Below are positions 37,605-47,138 of a DNA stretch of 64,000 bases, piece by piece. A program made the translations under genes and the position numbers. Source of the DNA: an archaeon. GTDB taxonomy: Archaea; Iainarchaeota; Iainarchaeia; Iainarchaeales; JANQMZ01. How positions within the stretch are numbered: position 1 is the stretch's first letter; each line of letters starts with the position of its first letter. Below the pieces are notes generated by a model, which worked only from the letters and a program-made list of their open reading frames with translations, did no database searches and was not told the DNA's origin. Location: positions 729,092 through 793,091 of the forward strand of contig JANQMZ010000007.1 in NCBI GenBank assembly GCA_028279805.1, read 5' to 3'.

Positions 37605-38380
37605 AAGAAAAAAAAATTCAATATGTAAAAAACGGAAAAAGACTTGATGGAAGAAAGGTTGATGAATTAAGGCCTATTAAAATTGAAGCAGGTGTTTTGA
37701 GCAGAGCACAAGGTTCTGCTTATGTTGAATGGGGGCAAAATAAGGCATTAGCAGCTGTTTTTGGTCCGCATGAAGCTTTGCCTCAGCATATTCAGAATCC
37801 AAAAAAAGCTTTGGTTAATTTTGTTTACAGAATGGCTGCATTTTCTGTTCCTGACAGAAAAAATCCAAGGCCCGGAAGGCGTGATATTGAAATTTCAAAA
37901 GTCTGCAGTGAAGCATTGGAAAAAGCAATTCTTGTTGAAAAATTTCCAAACACAATGATTGATGTTTTTGTCCAGATTTTGGACAGCAATGCAGGCACAA
38001 GAATCACCGGTTTAGCCGCTGCTTCAGTTGCATTAGCTGATGCTGGAATTCCGATGAAAGACATGGTTTCAGGTGTTGCAGTCGGAAAAGCCGGAGGAGA
38101 AATTTTAACCGATTTAACAAAAGACGAAGAAGACGCACCTGACGCAGTTGACATGCCTATTGCAATTCTTCCAAACACGGAAGAAATTGTTTTACTGCAA
38201 ATGGACGGCTTGCTAACCACCGATGAATGGAAAAAAGCAAAAGAACTTGGAATACAAGGATGCAAAAAAGTGTACGAATTGCAAAAAGAAGCTTTGTTGA
38301 AAAAATATAAAAATTCTGAAACAAAACAAAAAAAACAAAAACCAAAAACTAAAACCAAAAGCAAGGCGGTGAAAAAATGA
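37601..38380 (+). CDS. rrp41: exosome subunit Rrp41 (RNase PH-like, catalytic)
   Basis: RLDGRKVDELRPIKIEAGVLSRAQGSAYVEWGQNKALAAVFGPHE; K-rich C-terminal tail. Confidence 0.85.
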   Translation: MKEKKIQYVKNGKRLDGRKVDELRPIKIEAGVLSRAQGSAYVEWGQNKALAAVFGPHEALPQHIQNPKKALVNFVYRMAAFSVPDRKNPRPGRRDIEISKVCSEALEKAILVEKFPNTMIDVFVQILDSNAGTRITGLAAASVALADAGIPMKDMVSGVAVGKAGGEILTDLTKDEEDAPDAVDMPIAILPNTEEIVLLQMDGLLTTDEWKKAKELGIQGCKKVYELQKEALLKKYKNSETKQKKQKPKTKTKSKAVKK

Positions 38381-39165
38381 GTAAAGAAAAACCAATCTGG
38401 GAATTAAAATCGGAAGAAGTTAAAAAAGCTTTAAGAAATGGTGAAAGGCTTGACGGAAGAAAATTTGACGAATATCGTGAAATAATTGTTGAAAAAGATC
38501 TTTACAAGAATGCGGAGGGATCAGCAAATGTTTCAATCGGCAAAACAAAAGTTGATGCTGGTGTAAAACTGTTGGCAGGCGAACCTTACCCGGATTCTCC
38601 GGATCAGGGAACAATTTCAGTAGGAGTAGAATTATCACCATTATCTTCACCTGAATTTAAATATGGGCCTCCTTCAGAAGAAGCAATTGAAGTTTCAAGA
38701 GTTGTTGACCGGGGCATAAGAGAAGCCAAAACAATTGATTTCAAAAAACTTTGCTTAAAAGAAGGTGAAACGGTTTTAATTGCTTTTATTGACATTTATT
38801 CCACTGACCATTTTGGAAATCTTTTTGATACAAGCACTTTGGGTGCAATGGCTTCATTGCTTCATTCAAAAATTCCAAAAGTTGAAGACGGAAAAGTTGT
38901 AAAAGGAGAATATTCAGGAAAGCTGCCTATTGACAGTACCCCACTATTATGCACTTTTTCAAAAATTGATGATTTTATAGTGGTGGATCCAAGCATTGAA
39001 GAGGAAAAGGCAACAGATGCAAGGCTTTCAATTTCAGTTAATGAAAAAGGCGTTTTATCCGCTTTTCAAAAAGGAGAATCAGGTTCTTTTACATTATCCG
39101 AAGTTGATGAAATGATTAAAATAGCTTTAAAAAGAACAAAAGATTTAAGAAAAAAAGTTGAATAA
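38377..39165 (+). CDS. rrp42: exosome subunit Rrp42 (RNase PH-like)
   Basis: RNGERLDGRKFDEYREIIVE...GSANVSIGKTKV pattern; overlaps rrp41 by 4 nt. Confidence 0.8.
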   Translation: MSKEKPIWELKSEEVKKALRNGERLDGRKFDEYREIIVEKDLYKNAEGSANVSIGKTKVDAGVKLLAGEPYPDSPDQGTISVGVELSPLSSPEFKYGPPSEEAIEVSRVVDRGIREAKTIDFKKLCLKEGETVLIAFIDIYSTDHFGNLFDTSTLGAMASLLHSKIPKVEDGKVVKGEYSGKLPIDSTPLLCTFSKIDDFIVVDPSIEEEKATDARLSISVNEKGVLSAFQKGESGSFTLSEVDEMIKIALKRTKDLRKKVE

Positions 39166-39167
39166 AA

Positions 39168-39653
39168 ATGGGAAACACAAAAAAAGTCGGTACAACAGGC
39201 CGTTTCGGAGTGCGTTACGGAAGAAGCATCAGAAAGAGAGTTTTGGCTGTTGAAACAAAACAAAAATCTTTACAAACAGCTCCAAAATCCGGCTTTAATA
39301 AAATTAAAAGACTGGCCCCAGGAATTTTTAAAGACATAAAAACCGGTGAAATTTTTGCAGGAGGAGCATATACCGCTACAACAATGACCGGCAGAATTGT
39401 TAACAAAATGGTTAAACAAAGAGAATTTTTGCCGCACGTCGGAGAATTAATTGAATCAAAAGAAAAAACTGAAAAATCTCCGGAACAAAAACCTGAACCT
39501 GAAACAAAACCGGTTAAAAAAGAAAAACAAACAAAAAAAACTGTGGCTAAAAAGCCAAAAAAAGAAACAAAAGTTAAAGCAAAAACAACAACCAAACCGA
39601 AAAAAGAGAAAAAGAAAACAGTTAAAACAAAAAAAGAAGAAGAAAAAAAATAA
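39168..39653 (+). CDS. rpl37ae: 50S ribosomal protein L37ae (eL43), Cys-less variant with Lys-rich tail
   Basis: KKVGTTGRFGVRYGRSIRKRV and GGAYTATTMTG match L37ae; the CPxCG/WxCxxC positions are non-Cys; about 70-aa K-rich tail. Confidence 0.65.
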   Translation: MGNTKKVGTTGRFGVRYGRSIRKRVLAVETKQKSLQTAPKSGFNKIKRLAPGIFKDIKTGEIFAGGAYTATTMTGRIVNKMVKQREFLPHVGELIESKEKTEKSPEQKPEPETKPVKKEKQTKKTVAKKPKKETKVKAKTTTKPKKEKKKTVKTKKEEEKK

Positions 39654-39665
39654 AAGGTGTAAAAA

Positions 39666-39794
39666 ATGTACAAATGTGTTAAATGTGGTGAAATAATAAA
39701 AGAGCTTCCGCGGTCAATAAGGTGTCCTGCCTGTGCTTTTAAAATTTTTTCAAAAATCAGAACTCCTATCGCAAGAAAAGTGAAAGCTGAATAA
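39666..39794 (+). CDS. rpoP: DNA-directed RNA polymerase subunit P (Rpo12/RpoP)
   Basis: 42-aa ORF not in the supplied track: MYKCVKCGEIIKELPRSIRCPACAFKIFSKIRTPIARKVKAE, C4 ribbon; AGGTG SD. Confidence 0.7.
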   Translation: MYKCVKCGEIIKELPRSIRCPACAFKIFSKIRTPIARKVKAE

Positions 39795-39798
39795 AATT

Positions 39799-40044
39799 AT
39801 GAACCCAAAACATGAATTAAAACTTGAACTGGTTTTTTCAAAACCAGCTGAACCTGAAACAATTGTTAAAGCCTTAAAACCTGACATGAAACAAAAATAT
39901 TCACGCTCTAAAACAATAATCCGTGTTGATAATAAAAAACTTAAAATAATAATCAAATCAGTTGATTTAACCGCTTTAAGAGCATCTTTTAACTCAATGC
40001 TTAAAAGCATTATTGTATCAAATGATTTGATTCAATGGAGGTAA
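39799..40044 (+). CDS. pcc1: KEOPS complex subunit Pcc1
   Basis: 81 aa; ALRASFNSMLKSI segment typical of Pcc1; superoperon position between rpoP and pfdB. Confidence 0.55.
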   Translation: MNPKHELKLELVFSKPAEPETIVKALKPDMKQKYSRSKTIIRVDNKKLKIIIKSVDLTALRASFNSMLKSIIVSNDLIQWR

Positions 40045-40045
40045 T

Positions 40046-40426
40046 TTGATGGACGAACAAACACAGAAAGACGTTATTGAGTTTAACAGAATGAGACAAC
40101 AGTTGGGAGCATTAACAGCTCAAATGCAGCAGTTACAGCTTCAGTCTGACACTCTTAAAACCGCTTTGGAAGAATTGAAACAAAGCAAGGAAGAAAAAGT
40201 ATACAAAGCTGTTGGCAACATTTTGGTTTTAAAAAAATCAAAAGACGTTGAAAAAGAAATCAAAGAAAATAAAGAATCAACTGATTTAAGAGTTAAAACT
40301 TTAAAAAAACAAGAAGAATCTTCGGTTCAAAAATTGAACAAGTTACGTTCAAAAATAGAATCAAAAATAGGTTCTGAAACAGCTCTTGAAACATCAACCG
40401 CTTCAAAAAAAAATAAAAACAAGTGA
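40046..40426 (+). CDS. pfdB: prefoldin beta subunit
   Basis: 126 aa, two coiled-coil arms around KAVGNILVLKKSKDV. Confidence 0.7.
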   Translation: MMDEQTQKDVIEFNRMRQQLGALTAQMQQLQLQSDTLKTALEELKQSKEEKVYKAVGNILVLKKSKDVEKEIKENKESTDLRVKTLKKQEESSVQKLNKLRSKIESKIGSETALETSTASKKNKNK

Positions 40427-41451
40427 GTGAATTGAATTCTTTTTTGCCTTTTTCTCTTATTAAAGGGAAAAAAGTTTTGCTTTTAACCCACAGGGGAGCA
40501 GATGTTGACGCTATTTCCTCCTGTGGTGCATTATATTTTTCTTTAAAAAAAAATGCAAAACTTGTTATAGGCATTCCTGAACATATTAACAAACAGGCAA
40601 AGCATTTGGCTGAAAAATTTTCAATTCCTTTTACTGTTAACCCTGATTTGAACAAATTTGATGTAATAATTCTTGTTGAATTAAATTCCTGGAAAATGCT
40701 TGGAGAATACGCTGACAAAATAAAAAATTTTTCAGGTGAAAAATTTTTAATAGACCACCATGTTTTAACCGGTGACAAAATTGTTTCAAAACAAAAAATG
40801 CTTGTTGACCAAAAAGCTGTTTCATGCACCCAGGTTGTTTTGCGTTTTTTAAAATCAAAAAAAATAAAGATTTCTCCCAAAACAGCTTCTTTAATTGTCT
40901 GCGGCGTTATAACTGATTCCGGACAGTTTTATCATGCTGATGAAAAAGCGTTTCATGATGTTTCAGAAATGCTCAAAATAAGCAAACACCCTTATGACAA
41001 GCTTTTAAGCTTTTTAACAAGAGATTTTGAAAAAGGGGAAAAAATAGCCAGATTAAAATCTGCCAAGCGTGTTAAAATTTTCGGAGCCGGAGATTTTATT
41101 ATTGCTTTAAGTGAGGTGGGAGCATATGAATCACAGGCTGCTTCAGCTTTGGTTAAAATTGGCGCGGACGCTGCTTTTGTAGGAACATTTTATGAAAAAG
41201 AAAATGAAACAGTTGTTTCAGGCAGAGCTTCTTATTCAATGGTTAAATCAGGGCACATTGATTTGGCCAGAAACATTTTTGTTCCTTTAAAAAATTTTTT
41301 TAAAGGCGAGGGTGGAGGGCATGCGGGAGCAGCTGCTTTTAACTGTTCAAACGTTCAGCCTGAAAAAGTGTTAAAAAAATGCCTGGATTTAACTTTTGAA
41401 AATTTAAAAAAACAAAATTCTAATTTAAAACTGAAAAAATTTACAGATTAA
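40423..41451 (+). CDS. DHH/DHHA1 phosphoesterase (NrnA/RecJ-like)
   Basis: LLTHRGADVDAISS, LIDHHVLTGD and GGGHAGAAAFN motifs. Confidence 0.7.
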   Translation: MSELNSFLPFSLIKGKKVLLLTHRGADVDAISSCGALYFSLKKNAKLVIGIPEHINKQAKHLAEKFSIPFTVNPDLNKFDVIILVELNSWKMLGEYADKIKNFSGEKFLIDHHVLTGDKIVSKQKMLVDQKAVSCTQVVLRFLKSKKIKISPKTASLIVCGVITDSGQFYHADEKAFHDVSEMLKISKHPYDKLLSFLTRDFEKGEKIARLKSAKRVKIFGAGDFIIALSEVGAYESQAASALVKIGADAAFVGTFYEKENETVVSGRASYSMVKSGHIDLARNIFVPLKNFFKGEGGGHAGAAAFNCSNVQPEKVLKKCLDLTFENLKKQNSNLKLKKFTD

Positions 41452-42119
41452 TTAATTATTTTCATCAAATCATCCAGGCTTTCAAGAACATAATCCGATT
41501 TTATGTTTTTATCCTGTATAACTTGCCCGTATTTTGCCAGAGCGGTTTTCATTCCGAATTTTTTTGCTCCAAGAATGTCTTTCTGAGGATTATCCCCAAC
41601 AAAAACAATTTCATCAGGTTTTAGTTTTAAGTTTTTAACAGCTTTTTCAAAAGGCATTTTATGAGGTTTTTCCATTCCGGTTAAACCAACTGCAATAACA
41701 AAGTCAAAAAAATCCAAAAGATTTGATTCAGCCAGCCTTAACCATGCCTGTAGTTTTGGTGCATCGCTGACTATTCCAAGTTTTAATCCTTTTTCTTTTA
41801 ATTTTATTAAAATTTTTCTGGTGTGAGGGTATGGAATCAGCTGCCCTGATTTCACACGCCTGTAAGCTGCTATTCCGCTTGCCAAAACCCTGTATTTTAC
41901 TTTTCCCTGAACTTTTTCCAAAAATTTGTTAAAAATTTCCTGGTCCTCAATTCCGAATGTTTTATACATTTCATACAGTTTGTCAACAGCCTCATCTTCC
42001 TTCATTTCAAGCCCTGCGTCAATCATGGCTCTAGCTGCCGCTATTGTAGCTAATTTTTTCATCTCCATAAAATCAATAAGAGTGTTATCCAAGTCAAACA
42101 AAACTGCTTTTATCACCAT
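41448..42119 (-). CDS. HAD-superfamily hydrolase
   Basis: MVIKAVLFDLDNTLIDF motif I and downstream HAD motifs. Confidence 0.65.
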   Translation of the reverse strand: MVIKAVLFDLDNTLIDFMEMKKLATIAAARAMIDAGLEMKEDEAVDKLYEMYKTFGIEDQEIFNKFLEKVQGKVKYRVLASGIAAYRRVKSGQLIPYPHTRKILIKLKEKGLKLGIVSDAPKLQAWLRLAESNLLDFFDFVIAVGLTGMEKPHKMPFEKAVKNLKLKPDEIVFVGDNPQKDILGAKKFGMKTALAKYGQVIQDKNIKSDYVLESLDDLMKIIN

Positions 42120-42179
42120 TTCAATCAGTACAACTTTTTACTGGAAAAGTTATTTAAGTTTTTTTTATCCACTCATATC

Positions 42180-43457
42180 ATGAAAAAAATGAAAGTTTTA
42201 GTCATAGGCTCAGGAGGACGAGAACATGCTTTAACCTGGAAAATAAAGCAAAGTCCTTTGGTTGAAAAAATTTTTTGCGCGCCCGGAAATGCCGGCACAG
42301 ACTCAATCGCTGAAAATGTTCCCAACCTGAACTCAGTAAAAGATTTGGCGGATTTTGCTCAAAAAAACAAAATTGATTTAACCGTTGTAGGGCCTGAAAA
42401 TTTTTTAGTTGAAGGAATTGTTGATTTTTTTGAAAAAAAAAATTTAAAATGTTTTGGTCCCAGAAAAAATGCAGCAGTTTTGGAGGGAAGTAAAGTTTTT
42501 TGCAGAGAATTTTTAAAAAAATTTAAAATTCCAATGCCTGATTTTAAAGTTTTTTCATCTCCGGATGAAGCAACTGAATTTGTTAAAAAAAATTCTCCCA
42601 TTGTAATAAAAGCGGACGGTTTGGCGGCGGGGAAAGGGGTAATTGTTGCAAAAACTCCAGATGAAGCTGTTGAAGCTGTTGAAACAATAATGGTTAATAA
42701 AAAATTCGGAAACTCAGGTGAAAAAATTTTATGTGAAGAAATGCTTGAAGGAGAGGAAGCAAGTTATATTGTTTTTTCAGACGGAAAAAATTTTGTTCCA
42801 ATGGCTTCATCCCAGGACCATAAAAGAATTTTTGACAATGATAAGGGACCGAACACGGGAGGAATGGGTGCTTATTCTCCTGCTCCAATTGTTTCAAAAG
42901 AAGTTGAAGAAAAAATTTTAAAAAAAATAATCAAACCAACTATCAGGGCAATGTATGAAAACAACAGGGAATTTAAGGGAATTCTTTACGCAGGCCTGAT
43001 GATTAAAAACAATGAACCAAAATTAATTGAATTCAACTGCCGTTTTGGTGATCCTGAAGCTCAGGCAGTTCTTCCAAGATTTGAATCTGATATTGTGGAA
43101 TTAATGCTTTCATGCATTGAAGGCAACCTTTCAAAATATGAAGCTAAATGGTCAAATAATGCATGTACAACTGTTGTTTTGGCTTCGGGAGGTTATCCTG
43201 AAAATTATGAAAAAAACAAAAAAATAACGGGCTTAAAAGAAGCAGGCTTGATTCAAAATGCAACTGTTTTTCATGCCGGCACAAAAAAAGAAAATGAAAA
43301 AATTTTAACATCCGGAGGCAGGGTTTTAAATGTAAGTGCTTTGGGTGAAAATATTTCTGAATCAATTAAAACAGCTTATACTGCGGTTGAAAAAATTCAT
43401 TTTGACAAAATGTTTTACCGAAAAGATATTGGAAAAAAAGCTCTGGTGAAATTATGA
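42180..43457 (+). CDS. purD: phosphoribosylamine--glycine ligase
   Basis: MKVLVIGSGGREHAL...APGNAGT and ATP-grasp body; 425 aa. Confidence 0.9.
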   Translation: MKKMKVLVIGSGGREHALTWKIKQSPLVEKIFCAPGNAGTDSIAENVPNLNSVKDLADFAQKNKIDLTVVGPENFLVEGIVDFFEKKNLKCFGPRKNAAVLEGSKVFCREFLKKFKIPMPDFKVFSSPDEATEFVKKNSPIVIKADGLAAGKGVIVAKTPDEAVEAVETIMVNKKFGNSGEKILCEEMLEGEEASYIVFSDGKNFVPMASSQDHKRIFDNDKGPNTGGMGAYSPAPIVSKEVEEKILKKIIKPTIRAMYENNREFKGILYAGLMIKNNEPKLIEFNCRFGDPEAQAVLPRFESDIVELMLSCIEGNLSKYEAKWSNNACTTVVLASGGYPENYEKNKKITGLKEAGLIQNATVFHAGTKKENEKILTSGGRVLNVSALGENISESIKTAYTAVEKIHFDKMFYRKDIGKKALVKL

Positions 43458-43585
43458 AATGTTCAAAATGCAATGCTCCCATGATTAAGGAAGGATTGGA
43501 ACATCTGGTTCATAATGAAATTTTTGAGTCATGGGTTTGCCGGGCTTGTGGTTACCGGGAAGAAAAAAAGAAAACAAAACTTTAA
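43454..43585 (+). CDS. small zinc-ribbon protein
   Basis: 43-aa ORF MKCSKCNAPMIKEGLEHLVHNEIFESWVCRACGYREEKKKTKL; ATGA overlap with the purD stop; not in the supplied track. Confidence 0.35.
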   Translation: MKCSKCNAPMIKEGLEHLVHNEIFESWVCRACGYREEKKKTKL

Positions 43586-43785
43586 TGTTTTTCAGCCCAT
43601 TCTCTTAACATTTCCCATGAAACCCATTCCGGAAAAACAGTTTCTTTTAAAATTGTTTTATCATTTTCTTTAATTCTTTGCAGATGTGATGGTAAAATTA
43701 TTTTATGCATGTTTTCAAGCCATGCAATTCTCTCTTTTTGTCCTTTTTTTATAAATTCTATTTTTTTTTCTTCAAATGTTGTCAT
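43582..43785 (-). CDS. hypothetical small protein
   Basis: 67 aa; ATGA overlap with the upstream ORF. Confidence 0.3.
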   Translation of the reverse strand: MTTFEEKKIEFIKKGQKERIAWLENMHKIILPSHLQRIKENDKTILKETVFPEWVSWEMLREWAEKH

Positions 43786-44189
43786 AAGTGAACAGTTTCT
43801 TTTCCTTTTTTGATTTTTCTTCTTTCAGCATATTTTACAAGATAATGCACAGTGCTTTTGGGAATTCTGGTTAATTCTTCTATTTCTCTTAAAGGCCTGT
43901 GGTCTTTTCTCATTTCAATTGCTTTTAACATTTTTTCAAGAGGCAACTCTATTGCTCTTCCTCTTACCTCTTCTTTTGTTATTGTTATTTTTTTTGATTT
44001 TAAAAATTTTTTAACGTTTGATGCAAGCCTTTTGGAACATGATGAACTTAAAGCAACTTCTTTAAGATTCGGGCATTTTTTTAAAAGTTTTTCAATTTTG
44101 CTTTTTTTAACAGGCCTTACCAGGTGAATCTGTTCAGTGCCTGCAGGAATGTTTGAAATGCTTGTTTGCGGATAAAATGAATATTTCAT
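43782..44189 (-). CDS. hypothetical protein with C-terminal HTH
   Basis: PLREIEELTRIPKSTVHYLVKYAER looks like an HTH; no DDE or recombinase motif. Confidence 0.35.
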   Translation of the reverse strand: MKYSFYPQTSISNIPAGTEQIHLVRPVKKSKIEKLLKKCPNLKEVALSSSCSKRLASNVKKFLKSKKITITKEEVRGRAIELPLEKMLKAIEMRKDHRPLREIEELTRIPKSTVHYLVKYAERRKIKKGKETVHL

Positions 44190-44313
44190 ATGGCATCATT
44201 TTTTTTCCAATTTTTTGTGTTATAGTGGTGTTTTTTCTTATTAAAAAAGCTTTTTGAAAGGACTTTTAAATACCTGTAAGCAATACTATATATTTCTAAA
44301 TTTTCAGTGATTT

Positions 44314-45591
44314 TTGATGTCAGTAACATTAACCGGGCTTGGAGCCTGCAGAGAAGTCGGAAGAAGTTCTTTTTTGCTTGATTTTGGCGAAAAAATTGTT
44401 CTTGACCGGGGACTAAAAGTTCATGACGGAAACCAGATTGGTTACCCGCTTGATATTAACACAAATTTTAATGCAGTTGTTTTAAGTCATGCGCATTTAG
44501 ACCATTCGGGTGATGTTCCCAATCTTTACATTAAAAGCAGGGTTCCGTGTTATTTAACTCCGCCCACTTTAAGTATTTCTGAAATTTTATGGAAAGACAC
44601 TTTAAAAATTGCTGAATTTGAAGGAAATGAGCCAAGTTTTTCAAAAGAAGATATTGAACGTGTTAAACAATATTCATTCGGGATTAATTATAACAAAAAA
44701 CTTGGAATTACAAAAAAATGTTCACTTGAATTTTTTGACGCAGGACACATTTTAGGTTCAGCTTTGTCAAAACTTTCATTCGGAAAAACAAATTTTTTAT
44801 ACACAGGCGATTATAATCCTGATCCGATGTCCATGCACAAAGGCACTGATTTAAATGTCGGAAACGTAGACTTTGTTTTAACAGAAGCAACTTATGGTGA
44901 CAGAAATCATCCTCCCAGAAAAGAAACTGAAAAAAAATTTATTGAAAAAGTTCAGGAAGGGCTTGACAATAACGGAACTGTTCTCATTCCTGCTTTTGCA
45001 GTGGGGCGAACGCAGGAAATTATAACAATTTTAGAACAAAATAAAATTAAAGCACCTGTTTTTATTGACGGAATGGGGCAAAAAGTTTCACAGGTTTATT
45101 TGAACAATCCTGATTATTTTGCAAATTTTAAATCTTTTAAAAAATATCTTGATAAAACAACTTGGGTTAAAAGCAACAGGGACAGAAAAAAAGCTTTAGA
45201 TGAACCAAGCGTAATTGTTTCAACTGCGGGAATGCTTAACGGGGGACCCGCCTTTTATTACCTTGAACATATTTTATCAGATCCCAATTCTAAAGTGATT
45301 TTAACCGGTTTTCAAGTTGAAGGAACACAGGGAGCAAGATTGCTTGAAGAAAACAAAATATTCATAAAAGAAAAAGATTTTAATGCGGAAGCAGAGGTTT
45401 TAAGGTTTGAATTTTCAGCACATGCTTCGCAGGACGCCATGTTAAGAGCGTTTAAAAAATGGTCCCCGCAAAAAATTTTCTTGGCTCACGGTGACCCAAA
45501 AATAATGGATATTTTTATTCAAAAAATTGACCAGGATCTGGGCATTAAAGCTGAAGCACTTGAACTTAATAAAAAAATAAAACTTGATTAA
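44314..45591 (+). CDS. beta-CASP family MBL-fold ribonuclease (aCPSF2/RNase J-like short form)
   Basis: HAHLDHSG metallo-beta-lactamase motif, further His/Asp motifs, C-terminal AHASQDAM; 425 aa. Confidence 0.6.
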   Translation: MMSVTLTGLGACREVGRSSFLLDFGEKIVLDRGLKVHDGNQIGYPLDINTNFNAVVLSHAHLDHSGDVPNLYIKSRVPCYLTPPTLSISEILWKDTLKIAEFEGNEPSFSKEDIERVKQYSFGINYNKKLGITKKCSLEFFDAGHILGSALSKLSFGKTNFLYTGDYNPDPMSMHKGTDLNVGNVDFVLTEATYGDRNHPPRKETEKKFIEKVQEGLDNNGTVLIPAFAVGRTQEIITILEQNKIKAPVFIDGMGQKVSQVYLNNPDYFANFKSFKKYLDKTTWVKSNRDRKKALDEPSVIVSTAGMLNGGPAFYYLEHILSDPNSKVILTGFQVEGTQGARLLEENKIFIKEKDFNAEAEVLRFEFSAHASQDAMLRAFKKWSPQKIFLAHGDPKIMDIFIQKIDQDLGIKAEALELNKKIKLD

Positions 45592-45593
45592 AA

Positions 45594-46277
45594 ATGACTT
45601 TATTTTGCCCTGAATGCGGCACGGAAAAAGGTCCTTTTGTTAAAAACAGCCTTTGTTTGAATTGTTTTTTGAAAAAAAACAAAATTTTAAACGTGCCTGA
45701 AAAAATAGAAATAAGTTTTTGCCCTTCCTGCACGAAAATATTGGTTCATGGAAAATGGGTTAAACAGTCTGAAAAAATATTAAAAGATTTTATAATTAAA
45801 AAAATCAAAACAAAAGAATTAACAAATCAAAAATTTGACGTTGAATTAATCCAAAACAAAAACGGAAACTCGGATGTTAATATAATTGTTACCGGAAAAA
45901 TTGCTGATGAAAAAATTTCACTTAACGCAAAAACTTTTTTAATTTTGAAAAAAGAATTATGCAAAAATTGCAGCAGAATTTCAGGAGGATATTTTGAAGC
46001 TGTTGTACAGTTAAGGTTTGAAAAAAAGCCTGATAAAAAAGTATTAAAAGAATTACTCCAACTTTTGAATGATCTGGGAAAAGAACAGGAACTTGTTAAA
46101 ATAATTGAATTAAAAAACGGTTTTGATGTTCAGGTTTTTTCAAAAAAAATTGCTCTCTCTGCATCCAAAAAAATTGCTTTAAAATACAAATCTGATATTA
46201 CAAAATCTTTCACTGTTGCCGGTGCAGACCGGGAAGGCAAAACAAAAAAAAGATTCACTTATTGTATCCGGATTTAA
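45594..46277 (+). CDS. NMD3-like zinc-ribbon protein (weak)
   Basis: N-terminal CPECG...LCLNCF and FCPSCTK ribbons reminiscent of archaeal NMD3 (COG1499); shorter than typical. Confidence 0.3.
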   Translation: MTLFCPECGTEKGPFVKNSLCLNCFLKKNKILNVPEKIEISFCPSCTKILVHGKWVKQSEKILKDFIIKKIKTKELTNQKFDVELIQNKNGNSDVNIIVTGKIADEKISLNAKTFLILKKELCKNCSRISGGYFEAVVQLRFEKKPDKKVLKELLQLLNDLGKEQELVKIIELKNGFDVQVFSKKIALSASKKIALKYKSDITKSFTVAGADREGKTKKRFTYCIRI

Positions 46278-47002
46278 TTTTTAAATTCTTCAAGTTTTTC
46301 TGCTATTTCTTCTTTTGGAATCATTGTAACAAGCAATGGAATTTTTTCACTTTCAGCTATTTTAATTGCAACTTTGTCAATTTTTTCAGGATTGTCAGGG
46401 CCGTGCAATACAACCATTGCCGGTTTCATGTCAGTGCTTAACCTGCTGATTTTAACCGCAATCATCGGGCTTCGGCCATTTTCAACTTTTTCAAAAATTA
46501 AAGCACGTTCAGGAGTTTTTCCGTACAGCTGCATATATTCATGAACGGGCACATCAAGAATTACTTTTATTGAATCAATCAAAGTATAACCATAAATTTT
46601 GGTGTTTTTTAATTTTGACGGATTGGCAACACATTTTGCCTCAATTCTGCTTGCAAACTCTGTTCCTGAAACATTTTTTGGAAATTCGTGAATATCAAAT
46701 GCTTCTTCTTTTGCGCTAAAATCTTTCATTAATTGTTTTACAACTTTTCCCCCCCTGCTTTTGTCAATTTCAATTAAAGAATCCACAAGCCTTTTAATCA
46801 CAGTAATTCCCGGACTTTTTCTTCTTCCCCCCTCATAATCCGAAATGGTTGAAGGGCTGATATTCAAATATTCTGATAATTCTGTTTGAGAAACTCCAAA
46901 AATTTCTCTCCACTTTTTCATTGAACTTCCCGGGTCTTTGCTTAAAGTAATTTCTCCGGCAATAGTAACACTTAATTTTTCCATAAGAAAATAATGCACC
47001 AC
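46274..47002 (-). CDS. XRE-family HTH transcriptional regulator (COG1395-like)
   Basis: EIFGVSQTELSEYLNISPSTISDYEGGRR HTH; 242 aa. Confidence 0.45.
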   Translation of the reverse strand: MVHYFLMEKLSVTIAGEITLSKDPGSSMKKWREIFGVSQTELSEYLNISPSTISDYEGGRRKSPGITVIKRLVDSLIEIDKSRGGKVVKQLMKDFSAKEEAFDIHEFPKNVSGTEFASRIEAKCVANPSKLKNTKIYGYTLIDSIKVILDVPVHEYMQLYGKTPERALIFEKVENGRSPMIAVKISRLSTDMKPAMVVLHGPDNPEKIDKVAIKIAESEKIPLLVTMIPKEEIAEKLEEFKN

Positions 47003-47066
47003 CAGCTTAAAAACCTTTACGACAATCGCCGAGAGCCGTTTGATTCTGGTTACATGTATGGGTTAG

Positions 47067-47138
47067 CGGACCCGGAGGGATTCGAACCCTCAACCCACAG
47101 CTTAGGAGGCTGTTGCGCTTCCGTTGCGCCACGGGCCC
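47067..47138 (-). tRNA. tRNA-Arg (CCU)
   Basis: Reverse complement: acceptor GGGCCCG/CGGGUCC (one G-U), D-stem GCGC/GCGC, anticodon stem ACAGC/GCUGU with loop CUCCUAA, T-arm GAGGGUUCGAAUCCCUC. Confidence 0.7.

Noticed and set aside
39451-39696. 81-aa K-rich plus-strand ORF, and 39215..39673 on minus
   Set aside because: Frame-shifted or antisense reading of the L37ae lysine-rich tail; overlaps rpoP.
43782-44189. Possible IS element (HTH ORF)
   Set aside because: No DDE transposase ORF, no terminal inverted repeats or target duplications. Kept only as a low-interest remnant hypothesis.
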